Below, piece after piece: positions 23,098 through 36,379 of a stretch of DNA of 64,000 nt; the stretch's first letter is position 1, and the number at the start of each line of letters is the position of its first letter. Below the pieces are notes generated by a model. That model made no database searches. It saw only the letters and a list, made by a program, of their open reading frames with translations, and was not told the DNA's origin. The translations under genes were made by a program, and so were the position numbers. This DNA comes from Ptychomitrium polyphyllum (Eukaryota). The stretch is taken from contig OZ316776.1 of NCBI GenBank assembly GCA_973851085.1, positions 1,674,001-1,738,000 of the forward strand, given 5' to 3'.

Positions 23098-24081
23098 GAA
23101 TGCTAAGATTTTGCCATAAGTTAGGAATGCGGTCCTTCCGATCCCTCGTGCTGTACGCTGGATGAGCTCTAGCAAGCAACATTCGGAACAGCATGCAACT
23201 ATTCAAATTGATTGGGGTGATACTTTCAATTGATTAAGCTCGTCGATATTTACTTTTAAGGAAAAGCCTAAGAGTAAAAAGCATTGATGGCGCCGAGAAG
23301 CCCACTGTTGCACAATTTCATACCCATTTGCAGCAGCTGCATTCAAACTCGGAGGTGAGCCGCGTACTTGTTCCCGCACACCAACTTGATTTATCGCAGC
23401 TCTGGGAAGCCCAGTTCCATTCTGCACTCTCGTCTTTTCCCTGAAGCTTATGCTCGAAACGCCTGCTGTACCTCCAGATGTTTGAAATTCAGCCAGAAGG
23501 CGATCCAGCTGCAAAACCATCGCACTTACCTCGTGACGCTCGATTGTCAGCACTCCAAACGACGACAGCTCCTGCTTCTGCAAATCGCTGAGACAACCCT
23601 CCTTTCTCGATTTCCCCAATTCCTCCAACCGTGCAACAGAATACTCCCAACGCTGATAGAATCTCGCATAATCATCATCGTCGTCCTCCACAGCAGGAGC
23701 ATCGAGTTCCTTGTCACCTTCGACATTCTCACCCGAACCCACGTCGCTCCGGTTCCGCTTCCTGGCCGCTTCCCCATCACGCCCCTTTTTCTCACCTGCC
23801 TCCCTCCGCTTCCGCCCTCTCCCTCTGCCTCTCCCCTGCCCTCTCGCACCCACTCCCCGTCCCCTATGATGGGTCTGCTCTCCACCATCACTCAACTCAC
23901 GCACCGCTTCACCCACATGCGGAGCAGGCTCCTCCTCCGGAATCGGCAGAGTAGCCAAGCAAGTATCCAAATGAGAATGAATCCGAAACTCCGGCACTTG
24001 AGCTCCACACGACGGACATGCGACAGTGGGCAGGGCCTGCTTCCCGGACAGCAGATTCTTCCACACTCCCGACGGCTCCAT
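21690..24081 (-). CDS. Multi-exon protein with N- and C-terminal UBZ4 (Rad18-type C2HC) zinc fingers; internal exon structure uncertain
   Basis: N-terminal VACPSCGAQVPEFRIHSHLDTCL, an RG-rich basic patch and an acidic tract. C-terminal CPICTRPFPRGASNREINEHIDQ is joined by a GT-AG intron to CLTEVACEFD* (21690-21722), which supplies the fourth zinc ligand. Confidence 0.7.
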
Positions 24082-24355
24082 CGCTGGCGATGCTCTGTAA
24101 ACGTGGAACATCGTCACCTTTGTCCTCCCACATGCGATTGAAGAGTTGTGAGAGCCTGCTCGCTATGGATGAGGATGCAACTGGATGTAACAGAGTGCAT
24201 GACATCGTTGGGCGGGAATCGCGCAGGAATTAACAACGTTACACCTCTTGCTCTTTGGGCATTTAATGTGGGTCTTGCTTACCAATTTGGATGTGTTGAT
24301 TAATTGTGCAAAAACATCGATCAAGAGATTTGTTGATTTATTATTTTTTGACTGT

Positions 24356-26316
24356 TGGGATGAGGGCAATGTGTTCTTCAGCGCCCAGCAATTGGAAGAC
24401 AACGACACGAGTGTGGCGGATGCCGCTACTCGCCACACGGCTCAGCGGAAGTGCAAGGAGTTTATTCGCAGCTTTAGCGATGATAAAGGACCTTTTCCTT
24501 ACAGGTTTTGTGTTATCAGCCTGATTCTCTCTGTGGCCATCGTGATGTTAAACTGCTTGTCGGTGCGTTGGATACTAAATTCTAAAGCTTTCGGGTCTCT
24601 GATAGTATCTAGAATTGGAACAGCGAGTCCTTGCTACAGATTCCAAACATCCTGCAGGTGGCATTGGAGGATCGTCAAAATTTTGACAATGAACTATGTG
24701 AAATACTTCGAAATATGCCAGCTGATTACTTGCCTCTGGTATCATCCTGAATCATTCGATTCTTCCACTTTGATAGGTCCGTGCCAGCATACTTGAAATG
24801 CCAGCAGCAGTCTGTGAGAGTATGTGAGAATATGAAATCGGCATTAGGTTGATCCGACAGTGTGTGCGTACTACTTGATATACAAGGTTTTTTGAAAAGG
24901 TGCATACATTTTCATATGTGGAAACCTGTTTGGAAGATGCTGAATGCTAGCGTCGTGTGGGCAATTCGAGGTAGCGGCTGCAGAAGTGCTGGTAGGGCTT
25001 AAATCTAAAGTTCCTGGCGAAGAAGGTGTTTTGGAGGAGCCAAACATTGGATGTACAAGTGCTCCTGACGTCCAAAGAGAAGGCCTCTTCTATTCGTGGA
25101 CTTGCTGTAGAACTTCTTTCTGGCTTATCCGACAGCAAATGCGTCAGCAAAATGATAGAGAATGGAGGCTCATCCATACCAACCACAGTTCGATAAAATG
25201 AGGCTTTTATTCGCATCAGTGACTCTCTAGCAAGGATGCAACTGTAAGATATCCTCACTCCAGTTTATATATTTGTCGATTCATGACAGTCAGCAGTACT
25301 CAAGGATTTGTTGATCAATCAATTCTTTTTTTCAGAGGATTGAATTCCGCTTGGCTATTCTTGCTCTAAACTTTGGCTTTAACATCACGACGACATATTA
25401 GCCGACCTAACTATTATGCATGTCAGTGTCTTATTAGTAAATGCGTCTATGGCTGACGTTGTTCTGTTGAGCAAATTCATGTCGACTCTCTTGCAGGTCT
25501 TCGGTGACATGTCAATGTGGCGCTGCGTCTGCTTTAGGTTTCAACACTATACGCTGCTCGATCTGGAATGAGAGCAGAAATTCAGGTTATAATCTGACTC
25601 ACTTTCTCTGCCTTGAGGTCAACACACTCATAAGAATCATCACGGGCTTCACTAGTATGAATTGTGAATGTTGGATTTTGACAACGTGACATAGAGTGAA
25701 CACATGATATGTCATCATAGATTTTACACAATTTCTTCAGCATCTCAGTTCAATGCCACTCATGAGAGTTACTCTGAGCTGTTCTATAACGTGTTTAGTC
25801 TCGAATGGTGATGATTTACAAGCCGTAGTGGAGTTACACAGCAAGATTTCATAATGGCCTGTCCTCTTTACTTAATTTGAGTACTTTCGTAAAGTTCCCA
25901 GAATTATAATATGTTTATCAGATTTGCTGACGATGGGTTGCTGATATCATGCAGCAAGTGGAATCGCAAGTCAAGTGACGGATGGGAATTGGCAGCTTCT
26001 TATTAGAGCGGCTTCTCATAGATGAGATTATGCGAACAAGCCTGAGTGAACCAACTGTGGGTCTTCTTTGCGCTCCACTTATTTATTGTTACTTCGTGCA
26101 TTCGCTATTCAAACTTAAGCTGGGAACTTTGGTTCATGAAGCAGCTCTTGTTGTAATAACTGATTTGTGTTGAGGAAACAATTATCCACAAACGAAGATT
26201 TGTTGTTTGACAAAGGGTCTGTAAATGCGCAGATCCGAGGAGCACTCACGGTGATGGCTCAACGAGATGAGATTGAATACCGGATGGAAAGGCGTGTGAT
26301 TGTTCGCAAGGCCTAG
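24356..26316 (+). pseudogene. MCM5: MCM5 replicative helicase subunit pseudogene: intron-retaining, no start codon, large internal deletion
   Basis: Exons read WDEGNVFFS..KCKEFIRSF..FPYR; VALED..FD..LRNMPADYLPL; FEVAAAEVLVGLK..EEP/VQVLLTSKE; then jump to IRQQMRQQ..IPTTVR*NEAFIRISDSLARMQL; QVESQVK*RMGIGS..ERLLIDE; IRGALTVMAQRDEIEYRMERRVIVRKA*. These match plant MCM5 termini. Stops, a frameshift and a mutated acceptor (caa at ~24964) are present. Confidence 0.92.
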
Positions 26317-26936
26317 GGTAACGTAGTTTTAATGTTGACTTGTGACGTTCCTATAAATTTTGTATATTTCTCAAGACTTTGTACACTACCGGTATTCTCA
26401 CCCTTCTCTGAATTGTGCTCCGAAAAAGACGATGTCTTCACATCTGCTCAACATTACAGACCGCTCTTAGAAGTTGAGCCAATTCATTTTTCGTCACAAC
26501 ATGTGCGACCTTGATGGAATCATGAAAGGGTGGGGGTACTCAAGCATTTTCAGAAAACATCTTGCTTTACATCAAATCCGAAGCAGGTGATATATCCAAT
26601 TCTTACATGATTTGAGTACAAAAACCCTTATGAAGAGACTTATCATATCAATTTTAATGGTCCAAATTGAGGACGATGACAAGCTCAAAGACTTGTGCTA
26701 CCACATATCGAACACCCAACACTCATCAAGGTGCTTGATCGATGCAATCACTGAAGATTTCAGCTCTAGCCACTCAATCTGTCATTTGCATTCGTATACT
26801 ATTCAGGGTTAGGCCAATCACTCTCTTAACTTGGAGAAGGCCTTCTTTCAGAAGAACTACAGAGCATCATATTGCGCCTTATATGCCGTTTGTTGACGAC
26901 AGCTGAGAAATGGTGGCCGCAGCTGAAGTCGCCCTA

Positions 26937-29446
26937 TCAAGAATTGTCATCCTGCACAAGTATAATAATCTAAGTACGGCATGTAAACACGGCGGACTCT
27001 CTACTAGACTACATAGGCGGTAATTTGTTTGGAATTAAAAAAGTTTGTGATCCTGATCTTCAAATACTGATGCATGCCAACCAGGAGGAAATTTATAATA
27101 AATGTAGAATAGCTAACGTAGTCTCTTTATTACAACCAATTTACACGAAACACGAGACATGCTACAAAGGTGCTTGTTTACCTCCAATATGGACTTAGCG
27201 TCAGCATCAAAAGTCTTGCAGAGAATCTCATAGCTCTTATCTGCTCCAACCTAGCAAGGAGCACAACCACCATCAGTTTACCTACGAAAATTGTTTTACT
27301 GCAAGTGCCAAAAAAAGCGTATTCAATTTGCAGTGAAAAAGGTGGACTTCAAAAAGCCATTTGAAGCCCAAAGTTACACGAACATTTTGTATCTTCCTAA
27401 GTGAGTCGATAGAATTGATGCGAAAACTACTGTCAATACTTTGACAAGAATATGAACTTGATCATAATCTGACTATAACTCTACTTTTCACTTTGGAAGG
27501 TCCCCAAAGCCTCTCGTTCACCTCAGATACCAGCGTAAGGTGCATACCAGTGTGTTTGCCCACCTTGATGGTGAAAGAGCTGAAATCCTATACCTACAAA
27601 ATGAATGACGATAAAATAGATAAGGATAATTGCTAAAAAACACGTAAACGTTCCTCGAAAATGAGATTCTTTCCATATTTCTGAAATCCATGGAAACCTG
27701 TTGGATGACTACTGGACGCTGGTTACTACACCCATACACGCAAGTGTGTAAACATGCAGCCATAACAATTAATCTAGTCTTCAGTAGCCCCAATCCAAGA
27801 TATGATAGACTACTCTCTGCAAATTTCACTACTTTGCAAAAATGAAGAAATGTATGTGATTGGAAGATGTAAGACTTTAAGCAGCCAGTAGATTTCTAAC
27901 ACGGTTTAACCATTAAAACAAATAGCCACACGTGCGCATTATTTTCGTACTTACTTTCAAACCCCTCAATCTTCTCTACAGAGAAAAATGTACTAAAGAG
28001 AAAATGGGTCATTCCACTTCACCCTAATTTTCCGGTGTAGAAAGCCAAAGCACGAACGTTCCTCTTTTGCACGGTCAAGAGGACTGCTTTCATGGCGTTC
28101 TGCACGAAGAAAAACAAGAAAGGATTTTAAAAATCAAACAATAGCAAGACTACACGTTCTAATAGACTTTAAGTTAGGGTTTGGGATTTAGCTTGAATAA
28201 GATTAGACAGCCAACCTTACGAGCAACCAACTCAAGCAACTGCATCAGAAACTTGCCGAGCCCTTTTCCTTGAACAGCTTGCTCCACCTGTATTTCGTAC
28301 ACGTATAATGCTGGGATGTCATGTTCCACAACAAACCTGTAATGTACAAATCCTACAACGGGATCGCCCTCACTCTTCCATAACAAGTTTCTTCTCGCTT
28401 CCACATCTGGTGCTTCAGAGGATCCACAGTTTTGTTTGACGAAAATGTAGCGTGCGTCTGGCGATACCATTTCACGGCGTTTTGACTTCTCTTCTGCAGG
28501 CCATTCCTCTGGACCAAAAGGTCCTTCCATATTTACCTGCTCTGCACAAAAGCCTTGTGATCAAACATTTAGCATTTGCTACCAGACTCTGAGAGAGGGA
28601 AAGAGAGTCAACTCCATTGATTTCAAGGCTTAAGGATGAAGTGTGACCTTTAACAAAGTTAGAACGTACTGCTTCACTGGAGAAGACAATGAATCTCCAC
28701 GCCCTGCCTCCATATTGAGATTCAGGCCTGTAGAACAACACTCAAGTGGCATTGTAACGAACTTTTCTTCCACATGATAATATGCATTGCTAATCAAGAG
28801 CTTTGTCATTAGGGTTGACAAGTTGACATGTTTTATAAAACCAATACACCACTCTAGCTAACATAAACACATCCCTTTATGACCTACGAGATCAACTGAT
28901 GAAATGTGTAGTTTTCCACTGAAGGTTGCAAAAAAAAAAAAAACATTCACGCAAGACACGATTGATGATAAAAAATACGGAGACGAACATGAGAGTGTCA
29001 GTTAAAAGATTAAAAATCCAAAACCAACCAGACCAATTCGCACACTCACCATTCCATTCATATTTGAGAAACGAGGGGAACTCTTCGATAGGAGCTGCTT
29101 TAGCAGCTGCAGCTCTCACAGCATCGTCAATACTCTGCTTCTTCGCTAGCTCCTGAAAGTAACACAACCACATGAAACTCAAAGAGATTCACACAACAGA
29201 TTCCATTGACCCAGTATCGGAATTCCTGCTAACAACTCAACATCGCAGGAGCAATCACCCCGACCATTAAAAACCCTTCAAGTTGCACAATAGTACCCAA
29301 AATATCATCAAGATGGTTACCAACATGACATCGTCTAAACAGCAATTCAAATCACCAGGGTTGCAATAAATCCGTTGGGTGCAGGAAAGCAGTACCTCTT
29401 TCCGTTTGAGCTTCTTATCCTTGCTGCCCTGCTTCTTCCGATCCAT
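26937..29446 (-). CDS. NAA40: N-alpha-acetyltransferase 40 (NatD, histone H4/H2A N-terminal acetyltransferase), about 8 coding exons
   Basis: Spliced MDRKKQGSKDKKLKRKE|ELAKKQ..FPSFLKYEWNG|LNLNMEAGRGDSLS..LLK|VNMEGPFGPEEWPAEEKSKRREMVSPDARYIFV..VGFVHYRFVVEHDIPALYVYEIQVEQAVQGKGLGKFLMQLLELVARK|NAMKAVLLTVQKRNVRALAFYTGKLG|YRISALSPS..|VGADKSYEILCK..|DDNS*. Carries the GNAT acetyl-CoA motif QGKGLG. Confidence 0.92.
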
Positions 29447-31473
29447 AAGCCTGCAAACACAACCCCACCTCTCTTTCTCCCCTTCCTCTTCCTCCAAAAG
29501 CTTCTAACACATCAATCAACGTACTAGAAGCAACAACTCAAGAAAAAATTCACGTGGGAACTTACAACAACGTCACTGATCTGTTCCAGTTTATAACACA
29601 CACGCCCAGCTTGCAAAGATCACTCGAGCAAAGCAGAATCTCTTCGATACAAATACTCTGATTTATTCCAAGCTTCACGCTTTCGAGCTCTGCAATGTGT
29701 TCCCAAAACCGGCACCCTACACAAAACCACCATTATTTAGTCCAGATCTAGTTTCGAAAGTATGAAATCTAGGAAATGTATTATCCTGTGTTGGTTCGAC
29801 GAGTAATGACGGTTTTGGATGCAATCGAATGAAGAATGCTTTGGATGAGTCCTTCCTCAAAGGAGTTCATTCACCAAATGAGGTCTTCACAAAGGTGACC
29901 GTATTTCTGTAGGATCGGTCATCCTCAACCTACAGTTCCTCACGCAGTTTCAAGCTCCTGATGTTAAGAACGACCATATTTTGAATGAAGTTTTCAAGTT
30001 TCTACGTCACAAGGTTCATGTGCTTTAATAGAAGTCTTTTCTTGGGCTTAATGCCTTTCACATTTTGAGCCCTTTGAAAAATTCAGTCTTTCGTGTTCCC
30101 TGGCATTTCGAAAGATCCTCTGATTTTGATCTGCACTTGAAGGCTGTTAAATATAGTAGAAGTCGATCAGCTATGCAGGAATATGAAGTAATGAAGATTC
30201 TGAGATTATGACCTAAACTACAAAAGTGTCTGGACTAAAAAATAATTGCCACCGGGGTAATAGGCGATCATTTGTAAGTTCTGGTTCCGGAAACAGCTAT
30301 TCTATCACTTCTCAGTGCCAAAACGAAGTAGAAGTTCATCGTATAAACACTTACCGTTACGCAGGTATAACTAGGTTTTTTCATTCATGCAATAGACTAT
30401 CTCTTGGTCGAACCTTCAAGGTAAAACGATCACCTACATCATGTTGACTACAACTGCGACGCGGTTGTTGCTGAATTGTCGGCTAGCTGTGCTCATTACG
30501 CGTCTTCGATCTTTCTTCGCACACAGCGACACCGGCTCAACAGGTACGTGCATGGATGCGACCATGAGTAGAAGGATTTTCTGTAGCTCTGTGGTGTTGC
30601 GACGGAACGTGAGGGCGTTGGTGAGCGAGGTTCGTTGGAAAAGAAGCACCCGGGTGGCCGTTCGTCGAGCGTCGAAGCAGAAGAGGCATTCGGGGGCCGT
30701 TTCTTGCGCCTGGTGGTGGCCTTCCTCCCTCTGTGCTCTCTGAGGCGTGATTCTGGCAGGAGGGCCGTCGCTAGCCCGATCTCTTAGATCTCTTTCATCC
30801 GGTGTGGCATTGCTGTAGATTTCCGTCCACAGGATTTAGTGATGTCGGTGGGCGGGTCTGCTGGTGAAGCAAGCAGGTGTCCGATCCCTGTGTTCGGAAG
30901 AGAGCACCTTCTTCTCCTCCACCGGATTGTGCTACACACATGGGCCGATGCATCTAGGGTCCTCGTCTCGGCTAGAATCCACCCCTGTGGTTTTAGGAGA
31001 ACACTGGGGAGTCTTCCGGTCATGCGAAGGATAGGGTGGTCCGTGAGCGGGGTGCGTGAGGTTCTCGTGGCGGCTCGGTGTGAGCGTTGGCGAACGACGA
31101 GCCAGTCTCGGGAGGGCGCGCTTACGCTGGTCGTGCCGATCGGTTCGAACCCTGCCGGTTCCGTTGGCGGGATGTTGGATGTCTAGGTTCCACGGACGCT
31201 CTAGTCTGCTCTGAGAGGTGGCACTCTGCAGAGTCGCGTGTGACAACCTGTCCTGCTGCGGAGCCTTCTTCCGTCCCAGCTGAGCTCGTTCCATTATGTA
31301 ACGTGGATGGCTTCGGATATCGGAGTTCTCAGATGCTTTGGCTCACAGTCGTCAGAATGCCGCTCACAACAGTCGATTGCGGGGATCGATTCAGAGTTCT
31401 ACCCTCCACGGATTGCAGGTCTGATAGAGCAGCGGAAGAGCAATCCGGGGATGACAAGGTGGAGTCCGAGGTG

Positions 31474-34400
31474 TTTGACTTTCGAGAGTGGTTTCGTAAG
31501 GATGTCAGCCCACATAGTGGAGGTGGGTGTGTAAACAAGATTGGGAGCTTATTGGCAACTTGATTGCGGAGGAAGTGAAATCGAATATCGATGTGCTTGG
31601 AGCGATCATGAAACCGGGGATTTTTGGTTAAAGCTATACACGACTGGTTGTTGCAGAAGAAAATGCTTGGGAGCTAAAGAGAGTAGTGGAACTCACTGAT
31701 GAGTGTCTGGAGCCACAATAATTTCTTTGTAGTAGTGGCAGCAGCAATATACTCGGCTTCGGTGGAAGAAAGAGCAACAACCTGTTGTTTACGGCTCTGC
31801 CATGAAAATATACGCGAAGAGTCCAGGAGGAAGATGTAGCTAGATGTTGAACGACAGGTATCAGGATCGCCGGCTCAGTCAGCATCACTCCAGCCTGTTA
31901 ATTAGTGAGGAAAGGATGGGCAGAAAGGAGCACCATGAAAGGTAAGACCAATGTGCATGGTTCCTTTCAAATAGCGGAAAAGGCGCTTAATTCCAAGCCG
32001 ATGGAGTGGAGCGGGATTGGCCATAAATTGGGCAAGATAGCTGACTGCAAAGTTGAGATTTCATCGGGTGCAAGTGACGAGGTACTGCAGACTGCCAATG
32101 GCTTGCTTATAAGGGACAGCAGTCATAGCAAGGACTTCATCTGGGGAAAGAGTGTGACTTTGTTCTTGTGAAAAACGTATCCCAGTCTCAAGTGGGGTGC
32201 TGACCGGATGACAATTCAACATATTGATTTTTGTGAGAACGTCAGAAATATACTTATCTTGAGAGAGAATAAGAGTTTTGGCAGGACGGTCGCGGCGAAT
32301 TTGAATGTCGAGAATATATTCAATTTCGTTGTTGTCATTCATAGAGAAGCGTTGGGTAAAGGCAGCTTTGGTAGAGGATAGAAACTGAAGGCTATTGGAT
32401 ATCAGGATAAGATGATCAATATAAAGCCCAAGGTAAAGAATAAATAAGGCGGAGCGCTTGGCATATACAGTTGGATCAGATTGACGTTTTTGGAAGCCTT
32501 AAGTGATAAGAAAATTATCAAATAACTCGTACCATACACAAGGTACTTGCTTAAGGCCATACAGAGTAAAGCAGTCGACAAACCTTATGTTCCGCACCAG
32601 GTTGAGACAGAAAAATTTCTTCCCGCAAGACACCATTCAAGAAAGTTGTCGTGACATCCATCTGGTGGATGTCATAATCATAGAGTATAGCAAAAGCTCG
32701 TAAGAATCGTAGCATCCGGAAAACAAATGAAAATGTTTCAGAGTAATCAAACCCCTCGTGTTGAGAGAAGCCTCGAGCAACAAAGCGAGCTTTGTAGCGG
32801 GCAAGGGAGCCATCAGTTATATTTCCGGCAAAACAGCCATAGAGCTAATAATAGATCGATGAGATGGAGGGTCCACGAGTTGCCAAGTGTTATTGTCGAC
32901 TAAAGATTGATATTCTTTATCCATAGCAAATTTCCAAAGAGCGGAAATAGGGCCAGTAAGGGCTTCATGAACAGTGATTGGTTCAGCAAGTTGAGTTATA
33001 AAGGCGCAAGCACAAAGATTGGTGTCATGAAACTTTGGCATTTGCCGTTGACCATTAGTTGATCGTTGAGAGGCTCGGAGTTGAGGAGAATTCGCTAACG
33101 AAGCTTGTCGAGCATGAGAGCAGGAATGAAAAAGAACAGGATGGTGGTCGGGTGGTTATTTTGCAAGTGTAATAGGAGAAGTTTGCGTGCCAGATTGTGA
33201 AGGTGATGGTGGCTATTGATATGGTGCCTGCTGTTGGTTGGATGGAGGCTCGAGAATGTGAAGAGGAGACTTTATAAACGTCATTGTTAGCCAAATCAGG
33301 TGAGGGAGATTTGGAGGTGTAGACAAGAGCGCCACCAAGCAATAATTGGCCTTCAGAGATGATTATGTCACGACCAGTGAAAATATGTTTAGTGGCTGGG
33401 TCATATAACCTATAGCCTTTGATTCCAGTGGAACGATCGTAGCCAATGAAAAAACATTTGATTGTCTTTAAGTCGAGTTTATGTCGCCTCTCATTAGGGA
33501 TGTGTGCATAAGCCATGCAGCCAAAGATACGGAGGTTGTTCAAGTTAAGTTTGAGATCCGTCCAGAGTTCATACGGTGTAATATTTGGGAGGGCTAAAGT
33601 ATAGGAACAATTTTGCAAATAGCAAGTAGTGGCAATGGCTTTGGCCCAAAATGAATTCTTGAGTTGAGCAACGGTGATCATACTACAAGCAAATTCAACC
33701 AGCGTCCGATTTTACGCTCGGCAATGCCGTTTTAAGCAGAATTGTAAGAATTGGTAAGTTGACTTCGAATGCCGTGTTCCAAGCAAAAACTGTTAAAAGC
33801 TTTTGAGGTAAACTCTCCTCCTTTATTCGAACGGAGGATAAGTATAGCGTTATTACTGAATTTATTTTCCACAAGGATATTGCATACTTGGAAATGTGAT
33901 AAAACGGTTGATTTCTTGGGCAAGAAATATATGGTAGTGAACCATGAAAAGTTGTCAATGAATAAGAGGAAATAAAGAGCGCCACTAAGGAATGGTGTAA
34001 GCATGGGTCCACTTAAATCAGTATGAATTAGAACAAGTGGTCCAGCGGCGTGTGTAGCAGGATCAGTTGGATAAGGTCGTTTAGCCTGCTTATCAAAGGG
34101 GCAACCTACAAATAATGGTAAAGCGGATTTGAGTGGTAGTAGACCGTTGACTAGGCCATGGGAGTTTAGAAGAGTCAAGGAACGAATATTTAGATGCCCG
34201 AAGCGATAATGTCATTTAAGAGATTCAATGTCTGACTTTGGTAAAGTAGTTGCTGAATAGTTGGAATCAGAAGGTGTTATTCCAATACCAAGGGAAAATA
34301 AACTACCTTCTTTATTCATGTACAACTTCAAGTGTTTACTGGAGTCTTGTGATTGAGTTCGAATTATGCATTGAGTGCGTGTGAAGATAATAATAGTATT

Positions 34401-35865
34401 ACCTGAATTTGTAATTTGATCCATGGAAATCAAATTTTAGGCTAATCCAGGCACATACAAAACGTTTGGAATTAATAAATTTTGTCCAGTTGTAAGTTGA
34501 AGTAGTATAGTGCTATAACCAATGGCATTCTGAGAGCTATTATTGCCTAGAGGAATAGTGCAATGATGGTGCAATGGTTACATATGCTGGATAGCGCTGG
34601 AGCCAAGATACCATTGAGATGATATTATTGAACTAGTAGCTATGTTTGAGAATCAGTAGAGTTATTCATCAGCCCAAAATGTATTCAGTAGAAGTTTGCT
34701 ACCGGCTTGCCCATTGGTTTGATCACACTTCTTGTAGCATACGGGAGATTTATGCCCGGGAATACCACAATAGTGACAAATTATTTGTGAACTTGAATCG
34801 GTTGGAGAATTATTTATTGAGGAAATAGGTCATTGTAATGATGATTGAGACCTAGAGGGATTAAATTTTTGAAAACGTCTAGAATGTGAATATTTATTTG
34901 AAAGTGGTTTGACAAATGTGGTTTGACAAATTTGCCTTTGACATAGAACGCACTTGATTTGGGTATATCATTTTAGATTGGTTTATGGAGTGTTGCTGCA
35001 ATATGTTGTACAGCAAAGTGGTAAAGGTAAGATTACTAATGCCACCTTTAGTAACAAAGGTGCTCCATGATTAAGGCAAGGCTCCAAACAGGAGGTTAAC
35101 TTTGTGAGAATCATCAAAGGTGCAACCGGATGTGGCTGCTTCCTAAAGCGTGGCCTGCCATAATTCTAAATACGAGGTAACATCATCAGTTTCGGCCATG
35201 GTCATGTGGCAGAGTTGTTTATGGAGGTGAACCTGCGAAGCTTTATTGGATTTTTCGTACAGCTGCTTAATGCAATCCCATACTTATTTGGAAGTAAGGA
35301 GGGAACGTAAAGAAATTAGTTGCTTTTCTCCGCAATGAAGGAAAATATCAGAACGTGCCTTTGCATCTTTCAACTTCCAGGCCGTAAGCTTTGATGCATC
35401 AGAAGCTTCTGGTGCAAGTTTGGTGCCATCTATAATATTCCATAGTTCAGAGCAGATGAGTAGCATCTCAATCTTTATGCTCCATGTAGCATAATTTCCC
35501 GCACTCAGAAGGGGAATATAGTATGCACGAGGAGCAGCGGTTGAAGAAATTGCCATAATTGGATTAAGAAAATCCAGGCGACTTGTCAAGAAAGTTTAAG
35601 CTTTATGCAAAGCAGGAGCTCATGAAGCATCTTGTGAGCGAACCTTGGACCTGTGGGTTTTGGGCCCTCGCTCTGATATCATGTAGAACCAACACCGTAA
35701 GGTGAAGGTGAAAGGTTGAATAAGTAATGTATTGATATGAAAAGTAAGTGTACAAGGGGTGGTGACACCTATTTATATGAGAAGTGCAAGTTCTATAGAA
35801 GAGGTGTGACTATTCATTGTGACATTATGTTATTCTAAGAGTAGACTTAACTTAATATCCTAACA
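31474..35865 (-). mobile_element. Degenerate Ty1/Copia LTR retrotransposon; 5' LTR present, 3' LTR deleted
   Basis: Minus-strand order is gag (NYATWSIKIEMLL), integrase (LIHTDLSGP, ILRSNKGGEF, FWAKAIATTCY, LRIFGCMAYAHIP), RT (AMDKEYQSLVDNNTWQLV, YKQAIGSLQYL), RNase H (GWSDAD*AGD, VALSSTEAEY, HDRSKHIDIRFHF, WADILTKPL). Many stops and frameshifts. Confidence 0.95.
35670..35865 (-). repeat. Copia 5' LTR (35682-35865, TG...CA, 184 bp) and tRNA-Met primer-binding site (35670-35681)
   Basis: TG/CA termini. The adjacent minus-strand tgatatcagagc is a one-mismatch variant of the canonical tggtatcagagc PBS. Confidence 0.85.
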
Positions 35866-36379
35866 GGGAGGTGGGCGAGAAGATTGAGGAAGGAGGGCAG
35901 GCGGAAGTATTTGAAGTTCGGTGGCGAGACCTGGGCTGTCCTCGTGTTGCCAGTCCTGGAACGGCGTTAAAGATGTTCAAGGAGGGACTAAGCCTGCAAG
36001 ACCTGCAACGTCTTATGCCCCAGGGCATGCTTGCAGATCATTTTACCTGTACTTTGGGGACATTCTTTGGTTGAGCGTACTGTAATTCAACACATGGTGC
36101 GATGTTGATCAACGGACGATTTGCCGTTTACATGCAGAGAAGGTGGGGAGACCTGCGGAAGCTGATTCATGTCAGAATGGTCCACAACCACATGCACGGC
36201 CCGCCCTTCGCACCCCAGGAAACTCTGTATTGCATGCTGGAGATTGCAGTTGGCATGGAAGGCTTGCACTTGACAAATGTTACTCACCGGGATTTGAATG
36301 CTGCAAACGTGCTCGTCTGGGATGATCGTGAGTCCGATCCTCTAAGTCCGCGCACAAGAGTCTGGTGCCAGGTTTCGGA

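Noticed and set aside
23368..24141. 257-aa plus-strand ORF
   Set aside because: Antisense shadow of the first exon of the UBZ gene.
29800..30260. Exon-like fragments upstream of NAA40
   Set aside because: Short, interrupted by stops and not assignable to a family.
30441..31294. Several 70-120 aa ORFs identical to those at 57.1-57.9 kb
   Set aside because: The identity reflects recent duplication, not selection. They overlap on both strands and show no domain.
35670..35681. tRNA-Met-related sequence
   Set aside because: Only a 12-nt primer-binding site next to an LTR; no cloverleaf.
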